NCBI RefSeq assembly: GCF_011386835.1
Contig: NC_088801.1
Coordinates: 52,266,001-52,330,000, forward strand
Length of the DNA: 64,000 nucleotides
Direction: 5' to 3'
Source: Chrysemys picta bellii
Lineage: Eukaryota
Part shown: piece by piece, positions 11,894-25,482 of the stretch
Layout of the letters: each line of letters begins with the position of its first letter
Numbering within the stretch: the stretch's first letter is position 1
Notes under the pieces: model-generated
Seen by the model: the letters and a program-made list of their open reading frames with translations, nothing else
Told to the model about the DNA's origin: nothing
Database searches by the model: none
Translations under genes and position numbers: made by a program

Positions 11894-14572
11894 CGTCTCA
11901 TGCAGTTTACAATCTGCTATGCAGATACCAAACAGAACATTACAGACTCCGGTTGGGATCATAACATGACTTCCTCTACTACGTCCTTTTCAGCATTCCT
12001 GAAAACCAGTTTGAAGAGATCACAATTCACCTTCTATAGTCTGTGTTGCAAACATTCACCCTGCGTATGTGAGAAATCCATGTGCTGCCAGCATGCGCAG
12101 CAGAAATATAGCTGGGAGCAGTAGGTACCTCCTTTTAAGATCTGTAGATATGATGTGTGATGTGAACACTTTGGCATGGGTTTTCATGCTGGCATCCTTC
12201 CAGGCCAAGAATTTCATAGGGAAAATGACATCTAAATCACTGAAACTCTACAATGCCTGGAATGTGACCCAAAACTGCGTGCTCTCAAAAGAACAGTGTG
12301 TGTGCTCCCATTCCTTTAGCGCAGATATGCAATTAGGGAATACTTAACAGCTTTTTAATTTTAGTTTTTGAATTGGCTTTACGTGGAGACAGTGACAATT
12401 GACATGAAGACAGAAGCAAGGAAAAGGCTGTACAGCCAGCGCAGTTCTGGCATGCTTTGAAAGCTTGTTCCTTCAGTCCAGATGTTCTAAATCACATGAG
12501 GAGCAGTGTTTGTGGCCGGATTCTGTTTGAAACGAATTGTTGATGGTCTCCCGAGACAGCTTGTGACAAACTGTGTAATAAAAATGCTAAAAATAGCAAG
12601 TTATTCCCTGGAAAAGCTGAGTTCCCACAATTCAGTGAGCTGGGAAAATTGTTGAACTTTCTTTGGACACAATGTGCTAGTTCCCTGCTCTTGCAACCTT
12701 TCTGGGTCCCCTGCTCTTTGTTTATAATAATTTCTTTTTCTACTAGTGCTAAGTAACCCTGTCCTCAATCTTTACTGTACAGATAGTGAATGAATTTACC
12801 ATTGTCTTTTACTTTTAAAAAAATATATATATAATCTCGCACATTGGGAAATGCACTTATTAGATTCAAGCAATGTAACCGTTTGCAATCAGTTTGCAAT
12901 TGTGCTAGGGAGCTTTTCTGTTTCTTAGAAAGCTAAACTGTAGGAAATCTATGAGAAATAGAAAAAACTTGCTAAAATAGAACATCTTATTACAGATGTT
13001 TCATGCTACAGAATAAAAATAAATAGTCACAGCAGAATTCCTTCTGTTTTTTTTCACCCTTGAGAGAATGCATTTATACCGATTACTCTTCAGTCCAGTG
13101 AGGACTGAATGAGACCATTTTTGGAATTTGTACATTATATGTTACTCCTTAAATAGCCAGAGAGGTAAATATTGCATGAGTTGGGCAGTGCCTTTCTCCC
13201 CACAACAGTGAAGAGTGAGGGCCCAGCTCAGGGGTTTGTTTTGTTTTTTGTTTTATAAAAAAGAGGAAGGATTTTTTACGGTATAGTAGCAGAGAATTTG
13301 CTAATAGCTATTCACCACAAAAAAAACCCAATCTTCCCCAAACTAATCCAGGCTTGATGGAAGACGTGTCATAACTATAAAGGGAAGGGTAACAGCCCTC
13401 CTGTGTACAAGGGTATGTCTACACTACGAAATTAGGTCGACTTTATAGAAGCCGGTTTTATAGAAATCGGTTGTATACAGCCAATTGTGTGTCTCCCCAC
13501 ATAAAATGCTCTAAGTGCTCTAGTCAGCGGACTGCGTCCACAGTACCGAGGCTAGCGTCGACTTCCGGAGCATTGCACTATGGGTAGCTATCCCACAGTT
13601 CCCGCAGTCTCCGCCGCCCATTGGAATTCTGGGTTGAGATCCCAATGCCTGAATGATGCAAAACATGTCGTCAGGCCCCTCCCCCTCCGTCAGAGCACCG
13701 GCAGACAATAGATTCGCGCCTTTTTACCTGGGTTACCTGTGCAGACAACATACCACGGCAAGCATGGAGCCCGGTCAGATCAGCTCACCGTCACTATATG
13801 TCATCTGGGTGCCGGCAGATGTGGTACTGCATTGCTACACAGCAACAGCAGCTAACTGCCTTTTGGCGGTAGATGGTGCAGCATGACTGGTAGCCGTGGG
13901 GCTGGCAGCCGTAGGGCTGCATTGCACCAGCCCCTTGCCTTTTGGTAGAAGATGGTATATTACGATTGGTATCCATCGTCGTCGTACTGCAGTTGCTGTC
14001 AATCATGGGCACCTGGGCAGACATGCAACTGTCTCGATGATGATGGCTATCAGTCGTAGTATGCTATTTTCTGCCAATCGCCCAGTATTTTCTGCTAAGC
14101 ACCCAGAAGAGGCTGAGGGCGATCTGGGTGCTGGCAGACGTGGGGCTGGTAGACGTGGGGCTGCATTGCTACACAGCAGCAGCCCCTTGCCTTTTGGCAG
14201 AAGATGGTATATTACGACAGTTATCCGTCGTCGTCGTACTGCAGTGGCTATCAGTCATGCTGCACCGTCGGCTGCCAGCTTAAGATGTAAAAAATAGATT
14301 TGTTCTGTATTCATTTGCTTCCCCTCCCTCCGTGAAATCAACGGCCTGCTAAACCCAGGGGTTTGAGTTTAATCTTTGGGGGGGGCCATTCTGTGTGACA
14401 GTTGTTTGTGTTTCTCCCTGATGCACAGCCACCTTTCTTGATTTTAATTCCCTGTACCTGTACGCCATGTCGTCACTCGGCCCTCCCACCCTCCCTCCCT
14501 CCTTTCCCTGGTCCGTCAGATGCTAGTTTCGCGCCTTTTTTCAGACCAGGCGCCATAGCTAGCACTGGGATC

Positions 14573-15841
14573 ATGGAGCCCGCTCAGATCACCGCGGCAA
14601 TTATGAGCACTATGAACACCACGCGCATTGTCCTGGAGTATATGCAGAGCCAGGACATGCCAAAGCGAAACCCGGACCAGCCGAGGAGGCGATTGCAGTG
14701 CGGCGACGAGAGTGATGAGGAAATTGACATGGACATAGACCTCTCACAAGGCACAGGCCCCAGCAATGTGGAAATCATGGTGTTACTGGGGCAGGTTCAT
14801 GCCGTGGAACGCCGATTCTGGGACCGCATCGTGCTGCAGGTGTGGGACGATTCCCAGTGGCTGCGAAACTTTCGCATGCATAAGGGCACTTTCATGGAAC
14901 TTTGTGACTTGCTTTCCCCTGCCCTGAAGCGCCAGAATACCAGGATGAGAGCAGCCCTCACAGTTGAGAATCGAGTGGCGATAGCCCTGTGGAAGCTTGC
15001 AACGCCAGACAGCTACCGGTCAGTCGGGAATCAATTTGGAGTGGGCAAATCTACTTGGGGGCTGCTGTGATCCAAGTTGCCAGGGCAATGAAAGACCTGG
15101 TGATATCAAGGGTAGTGACTCTGGGAAACGTGCAGGCCATAGTGGATGGCTTTGCTGCAATGGGATTCCCAAACTGTGGTGGGGCCATAGACGGAACCCA
15201 TATCCCTATCTTGGCACCGGAGCACCAAGCCACCGAGTACATAAACCGCAAGGGGTACTTTTCAATGCTGCTGCAAGCCCTGGTGGATCACAAGGGACGT
15301 TTCACCAACATCAACGTGGGATGGCCGGGAAAGGTACATGATGCTCGCGTCTTCAGGCACTCTGTTTCGAAAGCTGGAGGAAGGGACTTTCTTCCCAGAC
15401 CAGAAAGTAACTGTTGGGGATGTTGAAATGCCTATCGTGATCCTTGGGGACCCAGCCTACCCTTTAATGCCATGGCTCATGAAGCCGTACATAGGCAGCT
15501 TGGACAGGAGTCAGGACCTGTTCAACTACAGGCTGAGCAAGTACCGAATGGCGGTGGAATGTGCATTTGGACATTTAAAAGCGCGCTGGCGCAGCTTACT
15601 GACTCGCTCAGACCTCAGCGAAAAGAATATCCCCATTGTTATTGCTACTTGCTGTGCGCTCCACAATATCTGTGAGAGTAAGGGGGAGACATTTATGGCG
15701 GGGTGGGAGGTTGAGGTAAATCGCCTGGCCACTGATTACGCGCAGCCAGACACCAGGGCGGTTAGAGGAGCACAGCAGGGTGCGGTGCGCATCAGAGAAG
15801 CTTTGAAAACGAGTTTTGTGACTGGCCAGGCTACGGTGTGA
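14573..15841 (+). pseudogene. Harbinger DDE transposase (HARBI1-like), frameshifted
   Basis: Three consecutive ORF pieces give WLRNFRM, ALWKLATPDSYRSVGNQFGVGKST, GAIDGTH, NRKGYFS, GWPGKVHDARVF, LGDPAY, VECAFGHLKARWR, CALHNIC. Frameshifts near 15055 and 15362; D/D/E residues retained. Confidence 0.92.
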
Positions 15842-15955
15842 AACTTCTGTTTGTTTCTCCTTGATGAACCCTCCGCCCCCCCCCACCCGGTTCACTGTAC
15901 TTCCCTGTAAACCAACCACCCCACCCTCCCCACTTCGAGCATCGCTTGCAGAGGC

Positions 15956-15995
15956 AATAAAGTCATTGTTACTTCACATTCATGCATTCTTTATT
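15956..15995. terminator. Convergent poly(A) signals of the two Harbinger genes
   Basis: AATAAA on plus at 15956-15961 and on minus at 15990-15995, between the two stop codons. Confidence 0.6.
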
Positions 15996-16009
15996 AATTC
16001 ATCACACAA

Positions 16010-18092
16010 CTAGGGGGATAATTGCCAAGGTAGCCTGGGATGGGTGGGGGAGGAGGGAAGGAACAGGACACACTGTATTTTAAAACTTGAACTCTTATTG
16101 AAGGCCAGCCTTCTGATGCTCGGGCAATCATCTGGGGTGGAGTGACTGGGTGGCCGGAGGCCCCCCCACCGTGTTCTTGGGCGTCTGGGTGAGGAGGCTA
16201 TGGAACTTAGGGAGGAGGGCTGTTGGTTACACAGGGGCTGTAGCGGCGGTCTCTGCTCCTGCTGCCTTTCCTGCTGCTCAACCATATGCTGGAGCATATC
16301 AGTTTGATGCTCCAGCAGCCGGATCATCGACTCTTGCCTTCTGTCTGCAAGCTGACGCCACCTATCATCTTCAGCCCGCAACTTGCTCTGTTCATCCCGT
16401 GATTCAGCCCGCCACCTCTCCTCTCGTTCATATTGTGCTTTTCTGAAGTCTGACATTGACTGCCTCCATGCATTCTGCTGTGCTCTTTCAGCATGGCAGG
16501 ACATCTGGAGCTCCGTGAACATATCGTCCCGCGTCCTCAGTTTTCTCTTTCTAATCTTCACTAGCCTCTGTGAAGGAGAAACATTTGCAGCTGGTGGTGG
16601 TGAAGGGAGAGGTGGTTAAAAAAAGACACATTTTAGAGAACAATGGGTACACTCTTTCATGTTAAATTTTGCTGTTCACATTACACAGCACATGTGCTTT
16701 CATTACAAGGTCGCATTTTTCCTTTTATAGTGAGGGCCTGCCGGTTTCGTGTGAGAGATCACTCACGCAGTGCCAGGCAACAGATTTCGGCTTGCAGGCA
16801 GCCATGGTAAGCCACAGTCTTTTGGCTTTTTTAACCTTCTTAACATGTGGGAATGGTTTCAAACAGCAGCGCCCTCATTTCCCATATCAAGCATGAATTG
16901 GGTTGGCCATTTAAAATGGGTTGGCAATGTAAAAGGAGGGGCTGCAGTTTCCGGGTTAACATGCAGCACAAACTCAACTAACCCCCCCTCCCCCACACAC
17001 ACACCCAATTCTCTGGGATGATCACTTCACCCCTCGCCCCACCGCGTGGCTAACAGCGGGGAACATTTCTGTTCAGCAGAGCAGGAACGGGCACCTCCGA
17101 ATGTCCCCTTAATAAAATCGCCCCATTTCAACCAGGTGACCGTGAATGATATCACTCTCCTGAGGATAACAAAGAGTGATAAGGAATGGATGTTGTCTGC
17201 ATGCCAGCAAACACCGGGACCATACGCTACAATGCTTTGTTATGCAATGATTCCAGACTACGTGCTACTGGCCTGGCGTGGTAAAGTGTCCTACCATGGC
17301 AGACAGGATAAGGCAGCCCTCCCCAGAAACCTTTTGCAAAGGCTTTGGGAGTATATGAAGGAGAGCTTTCTGGAGATGTCCCTGGAGGATTTCCACTCCA
17401 TCCCCATACACCTTAACAAACTTTTCCAGTAGCTGTCCTGGCCATGATTGCCAGGGCAAATTAATCATTAAACACGCTTGCTTTTAAACCATGTGTAATA
17501 TTTACAAAGGTACACTCACCAGAGGTCCCATGTGTGCCCTGAGGGTCTTGGGTGAGTTTGGGGGTTACTGGTTCCAGGTCCAGGGTGACAAACATATCCT
17601 GGCTGTTGGGGAAACTGGTTTCTCCGCTTCCTTGCTGCTGTGAGCTATCTACATTACCTCCATCCTTATCTTCCTCGTACCCCGCACCCTCTTCCCTGTG
17701 TGTTTCTCCAGTGAGGGAGTTGGGCACACGGTTGGGGTAGTCGTGGCTGCACCCCCTAGAATGGCATGCAGCTCCGCGTAGAAGCGGCAAGTTTGCGGCT
17801 CTGCCCCGGGCCTTCCGTTTGCTTCTCTGGCTTTGTGGTGGGCTTGCCGTAGCTCCTTAATTATCATGCGGCACTGCTGTGCATCCCTGTTATGGCCTCT
17901 GTCCTTCATGGCCTTGGAGACCTTTTCTAATACTTTGCCATTTCTTTTACTGCTACGGAGTTCAGCTAGCACTGATTCATCTCCCCATATGGCGAGCAGA
18001 TCCCGTACCTCCCGTTCGGTCCATGCTGGAGCTCTTTTGCGATCCTGGGACTCCATCACAGTTACCTGTGCTGATGAGCTCTGCGTGGTCAC
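16010..18092 (-). pseudogene. Harbinger Myb/SANT (trihelix) DNA-binding gene, two exons, one frameshift
   Basis: RAPAWTEREVRDLLAIWG..QQCRMIIKELRQ..CRFYAELHAILG. GT-AG intron 16591-17519 (G|GTGAGT..CAG|CT) joins in frame to AANVSPSQRLVKIRKRK and a coiled-coil region. Frameshift near 17720. Confidence 0.85.
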
Positions 18093-20407
18093 CTGTGCTC
18101 TCCACGCTGGGCAAACAGGAAATGAAATTCAAACGTTCGCGGGGCTTTTCCTGTCTACCTGGTCAGTGCATCTGAGTTGAGAGTGCTGTCCAGAGCGGTC
18201 ACAATGAAGCACTGTGGGATAGCTCCCAGAGGCCAATAACGTCAAATTCCGTCCACACTACCCCAATTCCGACCCGCTAAGGCCGATTTTATTGCTAATC
18301 CCCTCGTCGGAGGTGGAGTAAAGAAACTGGTTTAAAGGGCCCTTTAAGTCGAAAGAAAGGGCTTCGTCATGTGAACGTGTCCAGCCTTAATTCGTTTTAA
18401 CGCTGCTAAAGTCGACCTAAACTCGTAGTGTAGACCAGGCCCAATACTATAAAATCCCTCCTGGCCAGAGACTCCAAAATCCTTTTACCTGTAAAGGGTT
18501 AAGAAGCTCAGGTAACCTGGCTGACACCTGACCCAAAGGACCAATAAGAGGACAAGATACTTTCAAATCTTGGTGGGGGGAAGGCTTTTGTTTGTGCTCT
18601 TCGTTTTGGTGGTAGTTCGCTCTTGGGACTAAGAGGGACCAGACATCAATCCAGGCTCTCCAAATCTTTCTGAACAAGTTTCTCATATTTCAAACTTGTA
18701 AGTAAACAGCCAGGCAAGGCGTGCTAGTTTTTATCTTCTTTTCTCAACTTGTAAATGTACCTTTTTGCTAGAGTGTTTATCTCTGTTTGCTGTAACTTTG
18801 AACCTAAGGCTAGAGGGGGGTCCTCTGGGCTCTTTAAGTTTGATTACCCTATAAAGTTATTTTTCCATCCTGATTTTACAGAGATGATTTTTACCTTTTT
18901 CTTTAATTAAAAGCCTTCTTTTTAAGAACCTGAGTGATTTTTCCTTGTTTTTAGAACCAAGGGGGTTGAATCTTGATCCACCAGGAGTTGGTGGGAGAAA
19001 GAAGGGGGGATGGTTAATTTCTCCTTGTTTTAAGATCCAAGGGGTTTGGATCTGTATTCACCAGGGAATTGGTGAAGAGTCTCTCAAGGCTACCCAGGAA
19101 AGGGAATTAGCACATTGGGAGTGGTGGCAGCGGACCAGATCTAAGCTGGTAGTTAAGCTTAGAAGTTTTCATGCAGGCCCCCACATTTGTACCCTAAAGT
19201 TCAGAGTGGGGAAGTAGCCTTGACAACATGGTATAGGGAATTGGTAATAATGGACTATAGATACATTCACTGTTGAGTTCAAAATTCAGCTCACGTTAGT
19301 AGTGACCAAGAGTTGTTACCATTTGATAGCCATTCAGTGATGTGTGAAGTGTGTTGGTGGTTTGACTCCAATCCAACTACTAGTGAAGTGTCCACATTAC
19401 AAAAACTACCTTCCCATTGGCTGTATTTCCCTCCCCCCCCCCACCAACGAACCCCCAATTCTTTGGTCATGGAATTGGCCACAGAATCCACCACCTAGCT
19501 TTGGAATGTGCTCCAGAATCTAAATTTACATTTAAAACCCCCCACATATCTAGCCTGTGTTTGCACCATTAAAACGTGAACTGAGTGTAAATGAGGCATT
19601 GTCTGCCTGAGTCTGCAGACAGCTCAAAACAATAACTCTGCTTTGTGAACTGCCCCATTCATTTCATCTAGGGGTGAACTCTGAAACTTAACAATGGCAG
19701 CTTGTCTCAACATAGCTAACAATTTCACCGCTAATTATTTTAATAGAAATATCTAGTTCACATGCTTGTCCTACAGTCCCGCATCACTTCTCATGCTTTC
19801 TTAGGTGCCAGATCCTTAGCTGGTGTAAAACAGTATATCGCAATTGACTTCAATCATACTAGCTAAGGATCTGTTCTAGCCTCTGCAGTGCACTTGTGTA
19901 TTGTCAATATAAAAATCTGAGGCACTTAGAGGCAGATTGAAATAACTTGATGGTCGTATGAGAAGTAATCCAGCCGTCGTGTGTCGTTCATGTTATTGAA
20001 TTAATTATGAAAATGCTCCAGTCTCTGAAATGACCTTAATGCAGAATTTCCTGTTTGCTGAGCAGCAGCTGTGGAATTTAGGCTCAGCTCAGCACAGAAC
20101 ACATGGGGCCCTGAGGACAGTGCTCATAGAGCTAATGGGGCAGGGCAGCCCAATAGCAATGTAATCTGCTGGCAAAATGACTCAGAGTTCCAAACCCACC
20201 AACACAGTGGTCAGTCTGAATGCCTTCCTGCTAATGACCCAGATGCTGCCCAAAATAGAGCATATTCTGTGGCAGGGAACTGAGGTTTATTGTTGGCTCA
20301 CCGTTTGCCCACACTGCCTCCGGCCCGCTCCTTGACAGACAGTTATAGGTGGTGATTGCAACCTTTTCTTTCCTTGACAGTGTTCAGAGCTCTTCTTACT
20401 CCTGACG

Positions 20408-20479
20408 CAGTGAAATCCTGGCTCCATTGAAGTCAATGGCAAAACTCCTATTAATTTCAATGAGACCAGGATTTCACCT
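20408..20479. repeat. About 70-bp hairpin element (cattgaagtcaatg family)
   Basis: gtgaaatcctgg..ccaggatttcac inverted ends; homologous to 11822. Confidence 0.75.
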
Positions 20480-22014
20480 TCATTCTCGTTAATGTATGTC
20501 ACTATGGACGTTAATGTAAGTTACTGTGTCCAGACCTCCTCATCAGAGAGCAGTTTATTTGGCAGAGGGTAGAAATTAAAGGGAAAATCACAAAGATATT
20601 CACTTCTAGACAGATTCTGTGACAATATACAGTTAGGTGGACACCAACCCTGTGCAGTGAAGTATGAAAATATAACTTACATCACAGATGGACAAAGTGT
20701 CTTTCAGACTGGCAACATGTGACAAGCAGTGTCTCTCTCTCTTATAGATGTACAGTTTTTATCTCATTTGTTTGATATAGAAATGAAGGATATATCCATT
20801 TTAATATAGGATTCCATGGCCACTAATAACATTTGTTTCTTTCCATTGTTTAACCTCAGTTTCTTCTGTTATAACATGGATGTTTGACTAATATTGTTTT
20901 GTTTGGGTTTTTTTTTTTTAATTTGTTTGCTTGTTAGTGTTTAAAAGGATGCTAATGTACATTTTACATCTACTGACTAAACCAGGCCTAAAACATCCAG
21001 TGGGTTTTTCTTTCAATACTTCTCTGTTTGAATGGTCTGTTACTATGCAAATAAGTATGGTCCCTGTTTTCAGGCAGGCAAATTGGCTACGTAACATAGC
21101 CAAGGTGTATTCAGTTGTTCGGATTCATATAGGACTGGCAAAGCACAAGGTCACAATTCAAAATCTTTTTGTGATTGGGGGGAAAACATTCAGATCGAAT
21201 AATGAAAGCATTTCAAAGTATTTCAAGATAATAAAGAATAATTTTTGTGTGTGTTTTTAAAGTATTTTTAACAAATATAGAACCAGCAATTATCATTTAT
21301 ATTTGAGATAAAATATAATTTCTCTTAGCATGAAATTAATACAAATGCTGTCAGATGGGTTTTGAATCCACTGAGGAGTTAAATTCTTTTTACTCCCAGG
21401 AAATAGCAGATAGTGTACATCTTGACTATGTACCCGCTCCATTTTTGGCAAGTCTTGTTTCATCTTTTGTTGTTGATTTCAAGCACTGTGCATGATTGCT
21501 GACTGTAGCTGGATAGTATTGTTTATAAAACTGGCAGTGCAATTTATGTATTTCTTCACTGCAATATTCTTCCATGTTGTGTCAATGGAATAATATGTTA
21601 GGGAAGGAAAAAAAGTAGTAGTAATAGCAGTAGTCATCATATTGGTATGATGTTTGCAAACATATTCAGTGATAAAAACAGCACAGAATATTCCATACTT
21701 GTTACATTGACTTCTACACTTACCAGTCTTCAAGCTATAGCCATTCTAAGGGGGAAGTAAATATTTTATTTAGCTAAAGTTAAAGCCAGGTCAGCTACAG
21801 CCAGTATGAGGGTATATTATTGACTAAGCATTTAATGGCAATTGCACGGCCAACGCTTTGCAGAGAACGTATCCCTTTGATATGACATGGTCAGCGTTGC
21901 TATGCTACATGCTATGACAAGGTCTCATTGCCAGTGACACTCCAGTCAGAGCAATAGGGTAGATGATGATTAAGCAAATGTCACCCTGTGGATAAATACA
22001 GACGTGTTTATAAA

Positions 22015-22117
22015 GGGCTTGATCTTCCATTGGTGCTTAGTGCCCTCAGGTACCATTGACTTTAAAATTAGTCAAAAGGAGTTGAGAGCACTCAGCGCCT
22101 GGCAGGATCTTGCCCTT
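22015..22117. repeat. Short palindromic MITE-like element
   Basis: gggcttgatctt..aggatcttgccc inverted ends with a cattgacttt core. Confidence 0.5.
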
Positions 22118-22369
22118 TATAAATGGGGCTCTTCTATTTTCCAACGAAGTGACTTTGCACATCTATCACCTACCATATTGGTCCTAATGTTCATAATGTC
22201 TCCGGCAACACTGGCCTTGTTTCACACTATTATAATTGATTGCTGAGAGGTAGCTCAGTTAATTGGATTTCCCAATTAATCCTGCTCTCATTTAGCAGAG
22301 TAGACAGCATTAAAGAAACACACTGCAAGCCTTGGGTCTAAGAAGCACTGCTCCTATGCTACTATATAT

Positions 22370-22515
22370 GAGGAAAGTGCTGGCCTGGTAGTTGGGGTCT
22401 GCCACTGACCTATTGTGTGAACTTCTTTGCACCTTGGTTTTCCCCAAAGCCTTTGTCTTGTCTGTTTCGCTCTTTTGGGGCAGGGACAATCTCTGGTTTT
22501 GTACAGAGTGATGCA
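22370..22515 (+). mobile_element. CORE-SINE fragment with L2-type tail
   Basis: ctgccactgacc..tgtgtga core followed by ctttgtcttgtct..ctcttttggggcagggac..tttgtacag, from recall. Confidence 0.5.
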
Positions 22516-23544
22516 CTCTCAGTTGGGCTTTGGTGTTACTGCCATATAAATAGTGACCATATGGTCATCCACAACAAGTAGCACAGATAAATGTCTTCCA
22601 AGGAATCTCTTTTTTTCATTGCAGTTTACACTAATGTGTGAGGGGAAAGAACTGGTACTTGCTCCCACAGCTCCTAAATTTTCTATAATCCTATGAGAAA
22701 TGTGGAATAGTGTTACACATTTAGGCATTTATACAATGTCCATCACTTTGGGAGGAGAAAATAGACCCACCAGTGATAAAATCCAGTTGCCAGACACAGG
22801 TTTTAACTAGGGCTCTTGTTCTTTTAGGTATCTAACTGCCCCCACCGTCAGTATGTTTCTGGCACTGTCTTCCTCTGGGTGAAGTTCTCTAGATTAGTTT
22901 AGTTTAATTTAATTTAATTATTTTCAGAAGCTGGTTGGTAACAATTGGTTCATTGAAGAGGATGCTTTCCCACCTGTGAACAACTCTTAGATTGGCAGGG
23001 AAGGATGTAGAAGTCTCCACCTATTCATCAGAAAAGACTTTGTTTATGGGCCAAATGCTTTGCGCTGAGTCTGTGCACATGGGTTTAGGTATGGGGAAAA
23101 TCAATTATTTATGCTCCTTATAGTCAATTTCCTTAACAGCAAGGTCTGCTTACCTCCAAAGGTTATCATTATTGTCCCTCCAGTGCAAAAGTTGGGTTAA
23201 GTTTTACTTTGTGGACAGGGTGTGTCTTCTTGAAAGTATGTTTGAATACTCAAAGGAGATGAGAAATGTGGTACCCTTATCTGCAGGAACTCCTGAAACT
23301 CTTTCATGTCTGGAGAGCCTAACAAGATCTAGCCATTGGCCTTTGAGCACATTCCCCTTAATAATTCATGTGCTAAATCGGGTTGAGTTGGGGTTTGTCT
23401 ATGGGGCGAGTGTACCTTTATTTCCAGGCCCTTTCTCTCTTCTGAGGTATTTGATGTACAGATGCCTCCTACTTTGTTTTACACCAATAATAGGTTGCCT
23501 CACACAGTCTAATTTTGAGTTTATTGTTTCAAGGAAGAAGTGTG

Positions 23545-23735
23545 GTCTGACCACAGGACTGGGAGCCAAGACTGTCCTGAGCTGTAATGTACCACTGAAT
23601 CCTTCTGGTTTGGGGTAAGTCCATTAGTCTATCTCCCTCAATCTCTCCCTCTGAAAACTGAGGAGAATAATTGTTACTGCTCAGGGGTATTGTGAGAATT
23701 GACGTTTGTAAAGCAGTCTGAAAATGAAAAGCATT
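23545..23735 (+). mobile_element. MIR SINE
   Basis: ggactgggagcc..ccactga..ctcaat..ctgaaaa.tgagga.aataat..gtgagaatt..ttgtaaagc, MIR-like order of blocks. Confidence 0.6.
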
Positions 23736-25299
23736 ATTCCCAGGGAACGCTTCCTGCTTGAGATGAAAATCATGCCCACAAAGGCCCTCAGTTTTCTTCC
23801 TACTCTTGTGAGAACTTATTGCTTGTGTTTCTGCTTCTGAGTGTGGTTGGATGGCTTAAGGAGCAGCAAATGTTTGCCCTGCCTTTTTACCAGACAGCTA
23901 GGTCTATGAGCCTGAAATGGTCAATAAAATGGGAGAAATAGTCCAAGTTCAGATTCAACCTGGCTATATCCTCTCCATAGGTACAAATTCTTAACCTGAT
24001 AAAGGGTTACATTATTACTCTTTTTAAAAAAATAAGCAAGGAGCAGCACAATTCCAGACAATAGGTGACTTGATAGTGGAGTGCTGGATGCTAGGTAACT
24101 GGATAAAAGGCTGCCAACATTGAAAGCTGTAATTATGGAAAGGTTAATGCATTCAAGCAGAGTGAGGTATATTGGATTATTTGTTATATTGCCTGTTAAA
24201 AGCTTTGCCTTCCAAGGAAGGGCAGGGTCACCCAGGTATTCCTAATACCAATTTATCCATACAGAATTGGCCAAGAACAATTGAAACATCTCATTAGCTG
24301 CCATTTTGGCAGTCCAACCTCTTTGTAGGAAAATTGTTCAGTCTGCACCATCCCCTGAGAGTGTCAACTTTGGATTTGATGTAGAAACCCACAAGATATC
24401 TGATTACCCAGCAGTGTTTTCCCACAATTCATTAATATATTTTTCAACGTGATTTTATAACCCAGACTTTTTAATATCTGAGTCTCAAGCTTATCCTTCA
24501 CATCAGCAATGACCTAAAATCTTATAAACAAATGTTATTTAGCTGGGAAGGGAGATTTAATGTCAACGTTCAGTGTGTTATTTCCATTTCCTTTTGTTTG
24601 CAGGACTGGAAAGAAATTAAGACTGTTTCACTCCCGGTGCAGATGAATTCAGAGACAACACATTAACGGTAGGTAAATTACACCACAGTCTGGAATGGTC
24701 TCTCTGGAATGGTTAAGAGAATTCTCTTTGCTGTCAAAGCTGCTTCAGGAAGCATGGGAACACTGTTCTTTATTTTTTCCCCAAATGCTGAGATTCAGTG
24801 TAACTCATTTACAGATGTAGGCTTTTTAAAAACTGAAAATGCTGCTAGGTGTGTTTGCATAGCTGGGGTGACTGGTGGGCCATTAGCAACAGGTGATATT
24901 AAAGGACAATTTAGTAAGCTTCAGGGAGCTGATTAGGACATGCTGCACAGATAAATGTTACGTCCTGTCTTTAAATTTCTTTCTCACTGAGCTGGAAGAG
25001 GAGGGATAGGGTAGATCCTCAGAATTCCCTTCCTTTGCAGATGAAGCTAAACTAAAATGTTGCAAACACCATAGAAAGGACAGACCTATAATACAAAGAG
25101 ACTATGGGCCTGATTCTTATTCCAACACTGGTGTTAATCCATTGATACTAATATAGCTCCTCATGTTTTACATCGGTGTATGTTCAGAATTCGATTCTTA
25201 GGGAGGTTATAGGTAGGAGATAAGACACCATCTGGCAGGTGATAAGTGTCCTCATCAAACACTGGGTGCTCAGCACCTCACAGGATCAGGCCCAAGTTA

Positions 25300-25463
25300 G
25301 GCCTTGTCTACATGGGGTTTGTAGCTGTACCAGTGCAAACCCCTACTGTAGTTACAGTTTAAACTGGTACAGATCTCACGGCACTTGTGTAATTTGTGTC
25401 TATGCTAGGGGTTTGTATGCGTGCAATACACCCAGTTGCTAAAACCCCAGTATAGCCAGAGCT
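25300..25463. mobile_element. Harbinger-derived MITE (degenerate)
   Basis: Left end ggccttgtctaca matches the Harbinger TIR; right end gtatagccagagct; flanks tta/cta. Confidence 0.55.
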
Positions 25464-25482
25464 CTAGATCTGACTTGGACAG

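Larger units (their letters stand above)
13411..18441 (+). mobile_element. Harbinger (PIF/Harbinger) DNA transposon, near full length, 5031 bp
   Basis: TIRs GGGTATGTCTACACTACG / rc GGCCTGGTCTACACTACG; 3-bp TSD CAA at 13408-13410 and 18442-18444; convergent transposase and Myb/SANT genes. Confidence 0.95.
13367..19225 (+). mobile_element. Solo LTR (about 825 bp; Gypsy/ERV-type) split by the Harbinger insertion
   Basis: TGTCA at 13367 and TGACA at 19221-19225. Sequence reads continuously across the Harbinger (ctgtgtacaa|tactataaaatccc). No internal retroelement region follows; no clean TSD. Confidence 0.7.

Noticed and set aside
11383-12486. Three minus-strand exon-like units (12383-12486, 12060-12141, 11383-11464) as a membrane-protein gene
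   Set aside because: The splice phases are incompatible and the last unit has stops in all frames; a non-coding transcript is not excluded.
14573-18092. Domesticated HARBI1/MSANTD-type host genes
   Set aside because: Frameshifts in both genes and intact TIRs/TSD show an ordinary transposon copy.
24604-24668. Exon-like unit with strong acceptor and donor
   Set aside because: Stops in all three frames and no linked exons identified.
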